From contig NC_087437.1 in assembly GCF_036321535.1 (NCBI RefSeq), forward strand, positions 47,680,001 through 47,744,000: a stretch of 64,000 bases of DNA. The letters are read 5' to 3'. Of this stretch, positions 42,440 to 55,584 are shown piece after piece. Origin of the DNA: Camelus dromedarius (taxonomy: Eukaryota). The notes beneath the pieces were generated by a model, which had not been told where the DNA came from, made no database searches, and saw nothing but the letters and a program-made list of their open reading frames with translations. Position numbers and translations under genes: made by a program. The stretch's first letter is position 1; each line of letters begins with the position of its first letter.

Positions 42440-42903
42440 TTTTGTTTCTCAAAGATGTTAGTTACCCCTTTGAAACGCAAATTGACATTTACAAAGGAAA
42501 TCTCCAATTGTATGGATGTCTCCCTCTCTGCACCAGAAGTGAGGGATGGCTCTAAATGACACTAATTTAGATGACTCTAAACGAGCTTTATCAATGGAGA
42601 AGGCATGGACTTAAATCTGCAGTATCAAACCTTACCCCTGCTTTCCTTAGTAACCTCCCAAGACTGGTCTCCACTCTCAACCCTTGATATACCTTTCTTT
42701 TTATCTTTAGCTGAAGATCGTATTTAAGCTGGTGGCTTGGGCTACCTCAGGGAGTTACTCATTTTTACCTGGGTATCACATGTATACCTTGATATACATA
42801 TTAACAAACTTCTGTGTGTTATTCTCTTGTTAATCTTTTATTACAGGAGGTCTCAGTCAAGAACTCAGAAAGGTATAGGGAAAATTACTTTTCCTCCACT
42901 ACT
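42440..42903 (+). mobile_element. ERV1 solo LTR (MER34/MER39-like)
   Basis: TATTTAAG box, aaacttctgt...tctcttgttaatct, terminus gggaaaattacttttcctccactac. Confidence 0.7.
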
Positions 42904-43018
42904 CAACAACTCCAAACTTTCTTTGGATTTCTGAAAAATGTCAAAGTTGCCTCCCCACCTTTCATATCTGTTGCTAAAAAGACGACTAACGTTTCACTCT
43001 TCAATGAAAACTTATTAG

Positions 43019-44170
43019 TGTTACCCAAAAACTGGGTTCACTTCCTGGTGGGTGTTGAGCCAAAATGAGACAGGAAGGAAGGGGGCATAGCACAACCATT
43101 AAAGGAATGACAAAGCAATTAACACCAACATGGCAGAATTGGGCTTCATTATGTACAGCGTAATGTACTAGCACAGTGAATGACACACCCACAGGCGCCA
43201 TGACAGTTCCTAGGCTGATCGTGAAAAGTCAAAAAGTGGGTGGTGGACCAACCCCTGGGAATCCCCACCCCTTCCCCAAAGTGGTTGGAATAATCCTCCC
43301 ATTTGCTGGCATATGAAATAACCGAGCTGATGAAAACTAACGACCCTCCAACACCTCTCTCCCTTCTGAACGAGACAGACTGCACTCTGTCTGTGTAGTG
43401 TGTGTCTACTTTTACTTTAAACTAAACACCCACACACAGGCCTCGTGGCCTCTCTGGCCTTCTGAGATGGTCTACACTTGGTCTGTGGAGTGTGCATCTC
43501 TCTGAATAAATATACTTTTATTTTACTGTGGCTTGCTCTTGAATTCTTTCCTGCATGAAGCCAAGGATCTTCACTTGGTGTGGCACGTCCCAGGGACTCA
43601 GATGAGATCTGGGACATGGCCATCCTCTCATGCCCCATTTTTTTCCTGTATCAAAAAGACACAAACAAGCCAAAGACTGGGAGAAGGAAAGACTTACTAC
43701 TTGCAGCAAGTAAGAACACAGGGGATCCTTCCCAAATCAGTGTCTCCCGGAAGAGCAAAACTGGGGAAGTTTTAAGCTAAGGGTACATGCATGTTCATGA
43801 AGGGCTTTTGGCAGCAGACAGAGTCCAACCTTTAGCTGATTAAAGTCAAGAGGGTCAGAAAAGGTCATCATCAGCATCCCTTAGGTTCCAGGAGAGCTGG
43901 TGTCTGAGCCCTTCTCAACCACCAATTAGCCAGTCTTGACCACTGAAACAAAACTGGAGTCTTTGCAACTGATACATTATCTTTGCTCTTGTTACTTCTC
44001 TTGCCTGACAACAATCACTTGTTCCTGCCTTCTTTTGTTCCTTTAAGATCATTAATTACTGAGATCTTCAAAAGCAAGCATTGTGGCCAGGCTTGGATCA
44101 CAAAATGGCTTAGGCCAAAAACGGTTTCTCTTCTGTAAAGAAAGTCATGCCTGGTTCTCTTTCTCACGAA
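43019..44170 (-). mobile_element. LTR element interrupted by a second LTR (right boundary approximate)
   Basis: Starts tgttacccaaaaactgggttc (reverse complement of an LTR 3' end) and resumes after 43657. Confidence 0.6.
43066..43653 (+). mobile_element. ERV1 solo LTR (MER41-like), nested
   Basis: TG...CA ends (tgagacagg / cctgtatca), 4-bp AAAA TSD, AATAAA at 43505, cttgctcttgaattctttcctgcatgaagccaagga U5 motif. Confidence 0.8.
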
Positions 44171-44814
44171 GGAGAAAGAGTATTTTGACCACACAGACTT
44201 TCTGTTGATGTTTTCTTCTCACCTGACAATTGATGGATTCCTGAGAATACCAACAAAAGTGCATCCAGCAGAGACTAGCAGATTATAAACTACTTCCAGA
44301 CAAGCTCAGAGGCTGATAAGGGTAAAACAAGGCAACAAGATACCCCCAGATGAAACCTAACATGATAAATGCTAATAAATTAGAGGATCTAAAGAAGTGG
44401 TCACTATATGTATTGACATGGTCTGTGTGTGTCTAACATGGCTATAAAGGTTTTGAATTCCTGAGAACAATACTGTTGCACAAGGTATAGTTTAGTAAGT
44501 AGCTCCCTCAAACTATACACCTAACAGCATGCTCAAAAGCAGAGAAGCAAAGTCTCTGCAGGCATTTATTCTGGCTGGTAGGAAACAAAGCCACCAGACT
44601 ACCTGCCTTCCTGCAGGTCCTCTGTACCCAAAGGAAGGAAAGGACAGAAATCAGGAAAGTGGCAAAATATTTTATTAAAAGCTTTGTGAATTCCATGTGG
44701 GGAAAAGAAATATATGGAAAGTAAGGACAGGAGAAAAAAAAAAAAAAAGAGTAAGACAAAGAGTCACTCACTGGGCATAGCCAGGCAGACTAACTGCATT
44801 CTAAATTAACCTAT

Positions 44815-45052
44815 TGATGGGGTGAGGGGGTTATAAATCAGGAGTTTGGAATTAATAGATACACACCACTATATATAAAACAGATAAACAACAGGGGCAT
44901 ACTGTATAGCTCAGGGAAGTATACTCACTGTCTTGGAATAACCTATAATGGAAAAGAATCTGAAAAACAATATACATGTATAACTGAATCACTTTGCTGT
45001 ACACCTGAAACTAACACAACAATGTTAATCAACTATACTTCAATTTTTTAAA
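44815..45052 (+). mobile_element. LINE-1 3'UTR fragment (artiodactyl-type)
   Basis: ataaatcaggagtttggaattaatagatacac...gaatcactttgctgtacacctgaaactaacac...ttcaatt. Confidence 0.85.
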
Positions 45053-45619
45053 AATTAATTCCTTCTCTAAAGTTTAAAATAATCAAGACCCCAACCTGAG
45101 AAAGGAGTAAACCAAAAAATATTCCCTGATCAGACTTTCTCTGAGTTAATGACCAAAAAAGGAAGTGATTATAGACAGAAATTAGGGTTTTCCATCTACA
45201 CGGGTTACATGCATAACAGAAAATTGAGTGGACCTCCTCCTAAGGACTCAGGCCTGGTAATCGGCCCCAAAGCTGAAGATAGAGAGGCATCAAGCACACT
45301 ACCTTTTAAAAAAGCTTCCAACAAATGGGAGTAGAATCACCCTCCAGGCTTACTAAACAGCCCAGTGGCCCACTGCACCCCCCACACACACTCACACACT
45401 GTCAGTGATGATGTTCACAATTATCCCTATATACAAGAAGATGGAGGAGGAGAAGAAAGAGCAGCTGTCAGATCCAGCATCTTCAGTTGCCTACGTGCAG
45501 CATATGCATGAAGAGAAGAGAGTTTTTCTTCTACCCCAAAGAGAAAAAAAGAAAAACAAAAACAAAAAAAACTAAGCCACACATTGGGAAAGGATAGCTT
45601 GCAAGCTAAAATTCAAATA

Positions 45620-45935
45620 AAGGATTCACACTTAAATTAATAAACAGAAATGCAATTAAATAGAGTTGGGAGGCCAGAAGAGGGAGCTCTCGCACCCTGT
45701 GACATAACAGAGCCCAAAAGAAAGACTCGTTCCCTGGCAAGGACTCAGCCAATGAAAAGCCATGGACTCTGTTTACCAGAGCCTCCCCAGATTCCTTTTC
45801 CTCGCTATAAAAGAGCTCTCCTTTCCTTGCTCTGCAAGACTTACACGTGGTTTGCCATGGCTGAGGACCCTGAATTGCAATTCTCTGCAATAAAGCTGGA
45901 GAAATATCTGGCAGTCTATGTGTTTTAGGTCCACA
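45620..45935 (+). mobile_element. ERV1-type solo LTR
   Basis: CCAAT (~45749), TATAAAA (~45806), AATAAA (~45889) in LTR order; ends ttttaggtccaCA. Confidence 0.7.
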
Positions 45936-45989
45936 GCACCTAGAACTTAAAAGCAATTCCTCCAAACTAATAATTAAAAAAGGCTGATG

Positions 45990-46740
45990 TTCCAAAAGAA
46001 AAATGTGCAAAGCTATGAATAGCAGATCAAAGCAGGAAAACCAAGAGAGGACAATATACAAATGAAAAGATACTCAACCTCAGTAATTAGCAAAATGCAA
46101 ATAAAAAGCAATTCCATACCTATGCAACAGAATTTTTTTTTTCTCATCCAGGAGTTGGCAAAGCTGCAAGAAAAAGGTAACTTATATTCTGGTGGGACAG
46201 CTCTTTGGGAAGTGATCTGGCAACATCTAACAAGGGTGATGATGTGTATACCTTTCAATTTGATAATTTAATTCCACTTCTGGGTAGATAAGCCTTAAAG
46301 AAACTCAAGCACATGTGCTCAAGAGCCAGATTCATATAGTTGCTTGTAAGAGCAATAAAATAATACTCACCAATAGGAGAATGGATAATTAGTGTTTTCA
46401 CAGTGAATTACTATATTGCAGTGAAAACTAAGGCACTACAGGTGTTTACAACATAGATGAATCTGAAAAATACTGCTGAGAGGAAAAAAGCAAGTTCCAG
46501 AAGACACAAACCAACATAATACTCTGTACAAAACTCAAAAACAAGTAAAACTCAATAATATATTGTTTAGGAATGCATGCATATGCAGTAAAACTTTTTT
46601 AAAGCAAGAGAATGATAAACAGGAGGAAAGAGCACCCAACTGTAAGTGACTGTTAATTTCCAAATTCCTGAGTTGGGTATTTGCTTTACAGGTGTTTATA
46701 TATTATCAATAAGCAAGCAAATACAAAAATATAAAAGTGA
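45990..46740 (+). mobile_element. Ancient LINE-1 (L1MC/ME-like) 3' relic
   Basis: aatgaaaagatactcaacctcagtaattagcaaaatgcaaataaaa; aattccacttctgggta. Confidence 0.7.
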
Positions 46741-46790
46741 GTTATACATAGATCCAGGAATATACTTACAATTAATCTGACTCTTACACC

Positions 46791-47136
46791 TGCTCAATTA
46801 AACAAGGAGGCCATTAGACTGAGGTGATTCTAATACCTTAGAAGCCTATGTAAACAAACCATAACCTAGGGCTGTAAATGCCTTAAGGTTAAGAAATCAA
46901 ACCCTGAGGACAATCAGTCACAGCCAATCAGGCTTTCCAAATGAGGCAACCATGTAAGCTACAGCCAATCAAGTAATTTCCTTGCTTCACTTCCTCCTCC
47001 TCTCTATACAAGTCTTGCCCCCTCCCCTAGAGGTGGGTGATGGGGCACTCCTAACCACTTCTGGTTTGGCACTGCCCAATCCAAACTGATTTTTACTCAA
47101 GATTATTAAAAATATGTCTCAGTTTACTTTTTAACA
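46791..47136 (+). mobile_element. ERV1 solo LTR
   Basis: TG...CA ends, 4-bp TSD CACC/TACC, two cagccaatca CCAAT boxes, ctaaccacttctggtttgg motif. Confidence 0.78.
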
Positions 47137-48944
47137 TACCTTAAGTCCACTGGGAACCATAAAATAAATGTAATGGGATGGAAAAAAGAGACGAAAAGAA
47201 ACCGAGCCTTAAGTTAAATAACTTGCCTAAGAATAGAAGTGGAGTTGGGAACTGAATCCAAGTGTGTGTGACTCTGCAACCCAGTCTCTCAACCACTCTG
47301 CTTTGCCTCCTTGCAAGGGCACGTCATGAGACCTCTCTGCTAAAGCTAATGATCCTCCCTTCTTGGTCAGGCTTTACTCCAATGGCTTTCATGACCCCAC
47401 ACTTCCTGGGTCTTCCTTGGACTTCACTGACTAGTCCTTCTCTGTATCACTGTAGGCTCCTCCCCTGCCCCACCCGAATTCATTTCTATAATATTTCTGT
47501 TTTTCCAGGATCTATCTTCAGCCAGTTAGTTAAGAAACTTCTTCCCTCCTGGGAGGAAGGAAAGACAAAGAGGAGTATGCAATATGAGCCATTTCTACCT
47601 GTTTTTACCAAAAAAAAAAAAAAAAATCATCAGAAGGGTACAGTGTGAATTTCACCGACAGCGATTTTTAGTCAAGATCAAATTGAAGCTGTTCCTCACA
47701 CTCCCTGAAGTGATAACTGAAATTACTGACTAATGCCATTTTAAACTAATAATTTAATGGAAATTAATTTGATATAACCATAGCGTTCTTTCAATTACTA
47801 GAACTTCTTGACTAAGTTCTTTTTCAACATGAATATTTGATTCGTTTAACACATTTTAAATAACTTGATCATATAGTGAAAGCATTGTTAGCTGAGTAGA
47901 AAGCAGCATATGAGTTATCATTTTAGAAGTTCAGCTGTACCAGTTACAAATATCAAAATGAGCCATTGTACTCAAGCCAATTTACTAAATAAAACAGAAA
48001 AAAACACAGTTGCATAATTCAAACAGCCTTCTCTCTCTACTTCTTAAAATGTCCACAGAATTTACTAAAACAAGGCATTATGTAGCCTGTACAATTATAC
48101 TGCTGTGCTAGTGAACAGCTATTTTAATCTATATGAGACAAAGCCATACGAGTGTTTCTTAGCTACTAATAATTTTCATACAGATCATGAAAGCTCATGT
48201 AGGCATGAAAGTATTTTAAACTGTACTTTAAAAATTAAAGCATAAACTACTTTTGCCTACTAAAAGAAGTCTATTTATCAGAAAAGTTAATTTTAAGTTT
48301 GCTATTTTACAATTAAATTCTCTAATATTCTGCTTTTCTCTTTGCAATAATGATTCATAATTCCTATACTTTATTTAAAAAAAAAACCCTAAACTCATAA
48401 TGAATTAATTGAGGTATTTAAAGCTTTTATGATCATTCTCACCAGGGAATTTAAAAACACACTTGCTTACCCACCCCAAGTAGTCTTCCAATTACAGATA
48501 CTCCCATGTGGCTTTCTTTCTCAAGAAGTCAGCCAACAATCCAGAGCTGCGGGGGGCGAGTGGGTGACAGAGGAAAACGGAAGTCAGAGGTACTGACAAT
48601 ACAGTATTGGCATTAAGTTTTGCTTTTTAATGTTTTTTTTTTATTTGCTACCAAATTTCTCATTACAGGGAACATTTTTAAGTGCCCAAAAAGTAACACA
48701 GTTCAGCCTCTTGTGAACTGAAGGCAGTCTGTTTTGTCTCCGTTCCAGGAAAAATAAGGTGCTGCTCTCAAGTCTGTTTCCCATCACCTAACTGGCATGT
48801 TCTGGCATAGTTCATCCTCTCACCAAACACTGACTGAATGCCTATTATGTGCCAAGAACTGGGCCTACACATGGATTAAACACAGGCCCAGCTCTCCAGG
48901 AGTCTGCAGACTAAGAAGGAAAACAGACATTTAAGTGCATGCTC

Positions 48945-49335
48945 ACATAGGTCCATAATCTATTGCCCTAAACCCTAAGGGCCAGATGCGTTTCAGAATT
49001 TGGGAGTTCACAGATTTTAAAATGATAATTTTAAAAGGTTTTTCAGATTCTGAAAAGGTGTATTTATCATATATTTCAAAACACCCCAACTGGACTCTGG
49101 GGCAGCACCAACATGATCCAAAAGTAGTATTTCTGCAGCAACAGGTGGGCATAGTCACAACTAGGTGGGGAGAAAGCAGACTGGCAGCAGTTTCCTGTTA
49201 GCGCAAGTCAGGCTGTGGCACCAAATGAGTTCAAATCACGTAAGGTTTTCCCACTAAAATGATAACATGAAAAAAATCCGCAGTTTCAAAGGATTCTGGA
49301 TCTCCAAATTGTGGATAGGAGCTTCTTGCCCTGTA
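48945..49335. mobile_element. TcMar-Tigger-type MITE
   Basis: Degenerate TIRs (cataggtccataatc ... ggataggagcttcttgccctgta); internal gggccagatgcgtttcagaatt. Confidence 0.6.
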
Positions 49336-49409
49336 ATACGTAAGAGGAGGATTTCCTGGATGACCCCTGAACTTTAAAAGATACTCAGTATTTAACCAAG
49401 AGATGACGT

Positions 49410-49600
49410 CTATTGAGCACTTACTATGTGCCATGCACTGGTCACAACTCTTCACAGCAACTCACTGAACAACCTCAGATCAACCACAGAAGGTAAGTGC
49501 TAAGCCATCTTCCTTTCACAGATGAGAAAACTGCATGTTATGGAGGGTATGAGCCTTACCCAAGTTCACACAACCTAACAGAGCTGGAGTTTGACTGCAC
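49410..49600 (-). mobile_element. MIR SINE
   Basis: tattgagcacttactatgtgcca...ttcacagatgagaaaactg...cccaagttcacac. Confidence 0.8.
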
Positions 49601-50322
49601 TTGGGGGGTGATGCCAGAAATTGTTTACCTTCTCTGCCCCTCAACTCCCTCTGTGCAGTAGAGACACTAGTATCTATGCCCAGGGATTGTTTCAGGGATT
49701 AAATCATACACATTTACAAGACGTTCTTGGAACTTTAAGTCAGAGCTAATTTGGCCCAGCAAGGGAAATAAATGAAGAAGCTAAAATAATCATATAATCA
49801 TCAGGCCGATATCTTTATCTGTTGATGGAGCAACAGGCATAATACATTAATACTTTAAATACAAAGGGAAAATAAATTTATTACCAGAAAGAATTCTGTT
49901 CATGGCCTCAGCATCCCACTTCTGCTGAAATGCAACCACTTATTTCTCTCAACTCCTTGAGAAACACTGAGCCTTCCTCCCTGATTCTAGAGGCTCTCTA
50001 AGTTTGCTGAGAGAGGACCTGAACAGTCTCTGTCCGCATGCACCCTCACTTACAGACCAGGACTCTGTAACGAGCTGGGAGGAGAGAGGGAGATTCAAAG
50101 GGGGAGAGGACAGGAGAAAAAACATCCAATCTTTGAAGGGCTTTCTCAAACTACATCCACCTCCTGAAGATTTCAATATCTGGCTCACTCCAACTGCACC
50201 TTGCCCATCCCCACCCCAAAAGTCTGTGACTCCTAGATTGGGGCATTATTAGTGTTGTATCAGTCAGGTGTGTAAGGGACGAAACATGGTTGATAACCAC
50301 TAATTTAACCAAATAGCCTCAT

Positions 50323-50500
50323 CATTGGTTCTCCAAGGGTGAGGACCAGCAGCATCAGCACCACTTAGGAAGCTTTTAGAAGTGTAACTTCTGGCCCCTT
50401 CCCAGGCCTGAAGAATCAGAAACTCAGGGCGGAACCCAGCAAGCTGTGTTTAACAAGCACTCCACGTGATTCTGATGCCTCCTGGAATCTGAGAACCTCA
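50323..50500. mobile_element. MER5A-like hAT-Charlie MITE
   Basis: tggttctccaa ... tgagaacctcag TIRs; accagcagcatcagcaccac, gaatcagaaactc, tttaacaagc...gtgattctgatgc. Confidence 0.85.
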
Positions 50501-53500
50501 GGTCTAAACTCTTGTCTAAAACTATTTGCTTGGAGGAAAGTTCAAGAATATGTGTTCACGCATTAAGAAGTTCCTAAAAAAAACAAAACAAAAAAACTAA
50601 ATGGCATTTATATTATCTTCCTGGTCAAATACAACATCTAGATACTTTAAAAATAAAGATATTAGATGGCATACAATTATAGAAAGGAATCATTTCTACT
50701 CCAACTGGTTTTAAAATAGAGCAAAACTATTTTCTATATCAGAATCGTGCAAATTTTTAAAATCATCTTTTTCTGAAGGACAGCTTGAGAATGAGAAAGG
50801 GGGCGATTAAAAAGAAAAGTTTCTGTATAAATTTCCTATTTCAACACTCACAACAAGATATTTTTTACAAAGAAATCATTAACAATTCCTTGATGTATTG
50901 CAGGTGTTATCTTCCCGTTCTTCAAGGGAAACAATGCATCTGGCAAAATCTTCATTTTCTTTTCTTTTTCCTTTTTTTTTTTTTGGTAGTCAATACCTCC
51001 TTCATAATAATCTACCTGTATTTGGTCTCACTTTGCCCTTTAAGAAATATAAAAATGAAATAAACACAGGACTGGAAAGAACAACTTACAAGCCAAGTTA
51101 TCTTCTATTTTGAAATACCCATGTCACCTAAAAAGAGAGATACTTGAAAACAAATTTTTTAACTTAAGGCTTAAATGCATTAATCTTTATTAAAGTAGCA
51201 AAGATTATGAGAAAACACCCACGAAGAAAATAGTGTTTCGTGTATCTTCGGAATTAACTAAAAAAGGAACCAGGATTCTGAAATGCTAAAACTGACTTCC
51301 ATTTATTTTTTTAATCTGTGTTTAAGTTTACTTAACAAAAAGCACAAGAGGTTCAGCCCCCACAAAGTCATAAATCAGTCATCTGGAAGACAAGCTTCTT
51401 ATCCAGGTATCATTAAACAAATCCGTTTGGGGTGAACACTTCATATAATAATCTGGGGTTCTGTCACTGAACAGGCTATGTCATCATTGCATAAATGTAA
51501 ACCAAGATGGTAAATTCCATGACCCAATAAAATGTCATGCATAAAAAAATGTTAAGAGAGAATAGGAATTCATGGAACTAAAAGTAAATAGATTCTGTTG
51601 TCTCATTCCTACACATTTTTTACACTTGTGTGTTATAAATTAAATCTCTTTGAAATCTGCAGTGTTTTAGACTATCTGCCATTTATAAACGCCAAATGTT
51701 TAAACAAAAGTTCTTTAAGTAAGTTTAATTTTTAAATTAAAAAAATTTAATAATCTTCTAAATCAAGAAAAGGGAAAAGAAGGGGAAGAAGTCTTTGAGG
51801 CAATGCTAACAAAACCTAAAATTACTGTAATATCAGGAACTACATGAAACCCTGATGCAGAGTACATGTTTTAAATTTAGTGTATCCTTTTTAAGTGCCC
51901 ACATACATATATAGAGATACAATGGATGCTTTAAACGAATAGGTTTAGCTTTTTTCCAGTCAACATTTTGGGAAAGCTTTCAGAAAAAGAGTTTTCTTCC
52001 TGCACTTCCCATTATTTTTATCCACAGCCCTAATGTACATAAGAAATGAGGATTATCACCACTACTGTCACTTCAAATCATCATATGATTTACTCTTCCA
52101 CTCAACAAATGTGTATTTAACACCTACCCTGCACCAGGCACTGGAACTGACCCACCCAATCAGCAAAGTTCATCTTCTCATGAGAAAGGTAAGTAAGAAT
52201 AATTACATTAGGATGTAAGTGCTACAATAGGGTACATATTTAGAGTGTTATATCACCAAAACCAAATGTTTCATGAGAATGTGACTGAACATAATAAGGA
52301 TCTCCCTTAAACTTAATGCAATACATTCTGAAACCACTGTCTGGAATTCACTGAAACCATTTTCAGTGTGCTTGTATTTTTAGCTGTACTACCTCTTAAA
52401 GTAACCAGTTCTATAAAATCACTGTCAGCTATGTAAAATAGCAGGGTATTTCCTTTTACTTTGTCTTCAAACTACTTTCTCTAAGCTGAGACGCCTCTAG
52501 TTTTAGCATTTCTAAGGCTTTGTGAACCAAACGTTAGGAAAATAAATTATGATTATGTAAATGACAGATCATAACTTTGGCACCTGTCTTTTCCCATGTG
52601 ACTCTATTCAAGTATTATCACCTCTTGGATTTTTTTTGATAGGATCATGTGTGATTCATCTCTATACCACTAAGTCACACAGTCTTATACCCTTTAAACT
52701 CATGCAATTTGCTTTTGCCTTACCAGAAACAACACCTTAAACTTACCAGACTCGGTTATGTCCAAAAACTTTTTTAATGAATCCCACCACTAAAGGGTGA
52801 AAATAGGACAACAGAGGATATTAGAATTTCATCCAACAAATTTGTATGAGTAACTAACAGGCACTAATCATGACCTAGCTCATTTGCTGAGCTGGCTTGA
52901 CAGCACAAAATGTGCGTTGTGTAATTAACATATTCATAGAAAAGTAGCTATAATTCCCTGTGTTCCCACTTTTAATGAAAGTAAAATACTTTAAAAGTTA
53001 TCAATAATAAGTAGAAACAGTATAGCACTCAGTGTCTTTTTCCCAATACAGATTTCATTCTTTCTAACATAGAGCCACAATGCGTAGGCACAAGATAAAA
53101 CTCTGGAGGTTTTACTAATTAAAAAAGCAAGTGTATTTATGTGATGTTGGTCTGAGATGAACGAACATCCACCAATGCTAACTCAGGATCACACTTTCTT
53201 TACCAAAATGTCATGGGACTGCTGTCTTGGTTTAGACCAACAGCTAATTAATAACCCACACTAGCTATGTGGGACTCAACTCCATCCCCAGCTTCCCCCC
53301 AATCACTAACGCCCTCAAAACCCCTCAGTCACAGGGGGCTGATCTCACCAGGTGGCTTGAACAGTGCGCTCCCTTTTAGTGACACTTACTTACACTGCAG
53401 TCACATTTAGTTTTCTTCTACTGCTCTGATTGTCCTATTGATGTTTTCATCCTGCACTTACGACCACACGCACCAGTACTCCTCCTCAGCAGCCTGAAGG

Positions 53501-55584
53501 AAACACACATTACTCCTGATGCTTCACCATCCCTTCACTACCTGTCTCACCATCATCCCTAGAAAGCATACAAAGATACTCCCTCATGAAAAGATTAGTT
53601 AGCACATAACCATGGGGGAAATTTACATACCAACACTTCCCTTCTCTTTCATATCTACAGGCACAGAGGAGTCTTTGTGTGGTTTTAAATTTCTTTTCCC
53701 CCTAAAAGCTTCCCTAGTGTCACCATACTAATTAATAGACATAATGAAACCCCTTGTTGATAAAATTTAATTCCCTTAGATAAAGGTTAACATATAAGCA
53801 TGAAAACTAACATCTAAGTTTAAAAATTTTTAAATACCAACTGCTTTTGCTTTTTACACCAAATGACAAGGAGATCACATTTTTCAAAAGGTTTATTTCC
53901 CACCAACGGCTTCCCTGGAGGCCCATTTAGTAAGCAAAACACATAATGAAGATCCTTTGTTGATGAATTTCAACTTCCTTAAGTAATCAGCTGTCTACTA
54001 TTTTTCCACGTAAATGTATAATTTAATTTATAGAAGTTTAGACAGCAAAAAATGTTTCAAATTGTTTCCTTATAAAAACCAACCACTATAAGCCTTGTTA
54101 ATTATTCTAAATACAGTGTATAATCTATGTCACATGCCAGTTGGACAACAAAGCCTCATTCAGCTTAAGCTGCATTAATGGGTTTTTAATTTCACAAACA
54201 GTTAACTCCCAATTTTCTTATGTTAAACAATTCCTGGGTAAAGGTGTTTAGGTGGCAAACTCATAAAAATTGAAGGGGAAAAAAACAAAGTCAAGCCATT
54301 GTTAAATGTCATCATAACAAAAATACCAAAAATTCCTATGTAAGAGCCCAGAGGTTACTGGCTTTTTGAGCACAGGGACCACTGTCCTCATCTTTGTCCC
54401 TCCCAAAGTTGTGTTTTCACTTTAGTGTACACATTCTAACAATTTCTCTATAGCTACAAATATATTACAAGTTAGATGATGATGAAGAGACAGCAAAGCT
54501 TCTAAAAACATGGTATCTTTTGAAGAGGTAAGAATGAATATATAAGTACAGTCATTATCAAACTTTATATAACAAAAAATTACAAATGTAAATCAATTGG
54601 AGAGCTAAAGGCAAAACCGGAAAAACAATTTAAGCTGTATACTGCCTGAAATATTAAATACGGACATTAAGAGAAATTTTATTTTAGCAAGTTAATAGTG
54701 TACAAGTGTTGAAATCATTTAATGTGATTTCTACTTCAAAACAGATTAAGTAAGATATAGTTCCCAGCAATTCTGGAAGAAAAGGCTCTCCAACAATGCA
54801 CACTAGGAAGATGGTATTGAGGAACACATGCTGTGAACTTATCGAGAATTTTCTGTTCACAACTATAGCACCAAAGGAAATTCTCTGGTAACTGTACCAC
54901 CCATAGGACATCAGTAGGAAGGCTGTAGTGAAGCACTGTCTTTAAGAGGGCGCCTCTACTACCCAACTCTTGGGGTTTGAATACTGGCTTTTCCCCTGGC
55001 ATATGCTAACTGACAACTGGAAAAGTCAACAAAGGTTAGCTGGAATTATTTCTACAGTTGAGAAAAGATGCCTTTGAACTAAAGATGGAAAAATGTTAAA
55101 AATATTTTACAAAAAAGAAGTATATTCAGGCAGAAATTATTTTAAGTAATCAAAACATTGTGGAGCTAAAAAGTTTAAGTTTTCATCATAAGCCAGATAT
55201 CTCTTTAAATCTAACTACTGCCTGTTTTCTTTCCAGTCTTATTATGGTTAATTTTGAGGCTTACCTAAAATTAAAATTTTCAAATCTCTGTAATTTAAAA
55301 GTTAATTACTCAGTTTGTGACCAAAGTTCATCCATTTTTGTTTCTTCCTATTGACCCTCTCACCTTCCACTTACTACTCCACCAGAGAGCAGACAAAAGA
55401 GAGATGAAGTCTCAAAACACAAAGCTGATCACTTACTTGTTAGCTTCCAGGAAACCTGTAGCAGTGTCACCAAAAAATTTCAAACAGCACTCAAGTTATG
55501 GGATTCTCTGAGACAGCATCCTCCATTTGCAAGAGCATTCGATAAAGTACAGCCAGAAAGTTGGCAAATATTAATTCACACATA

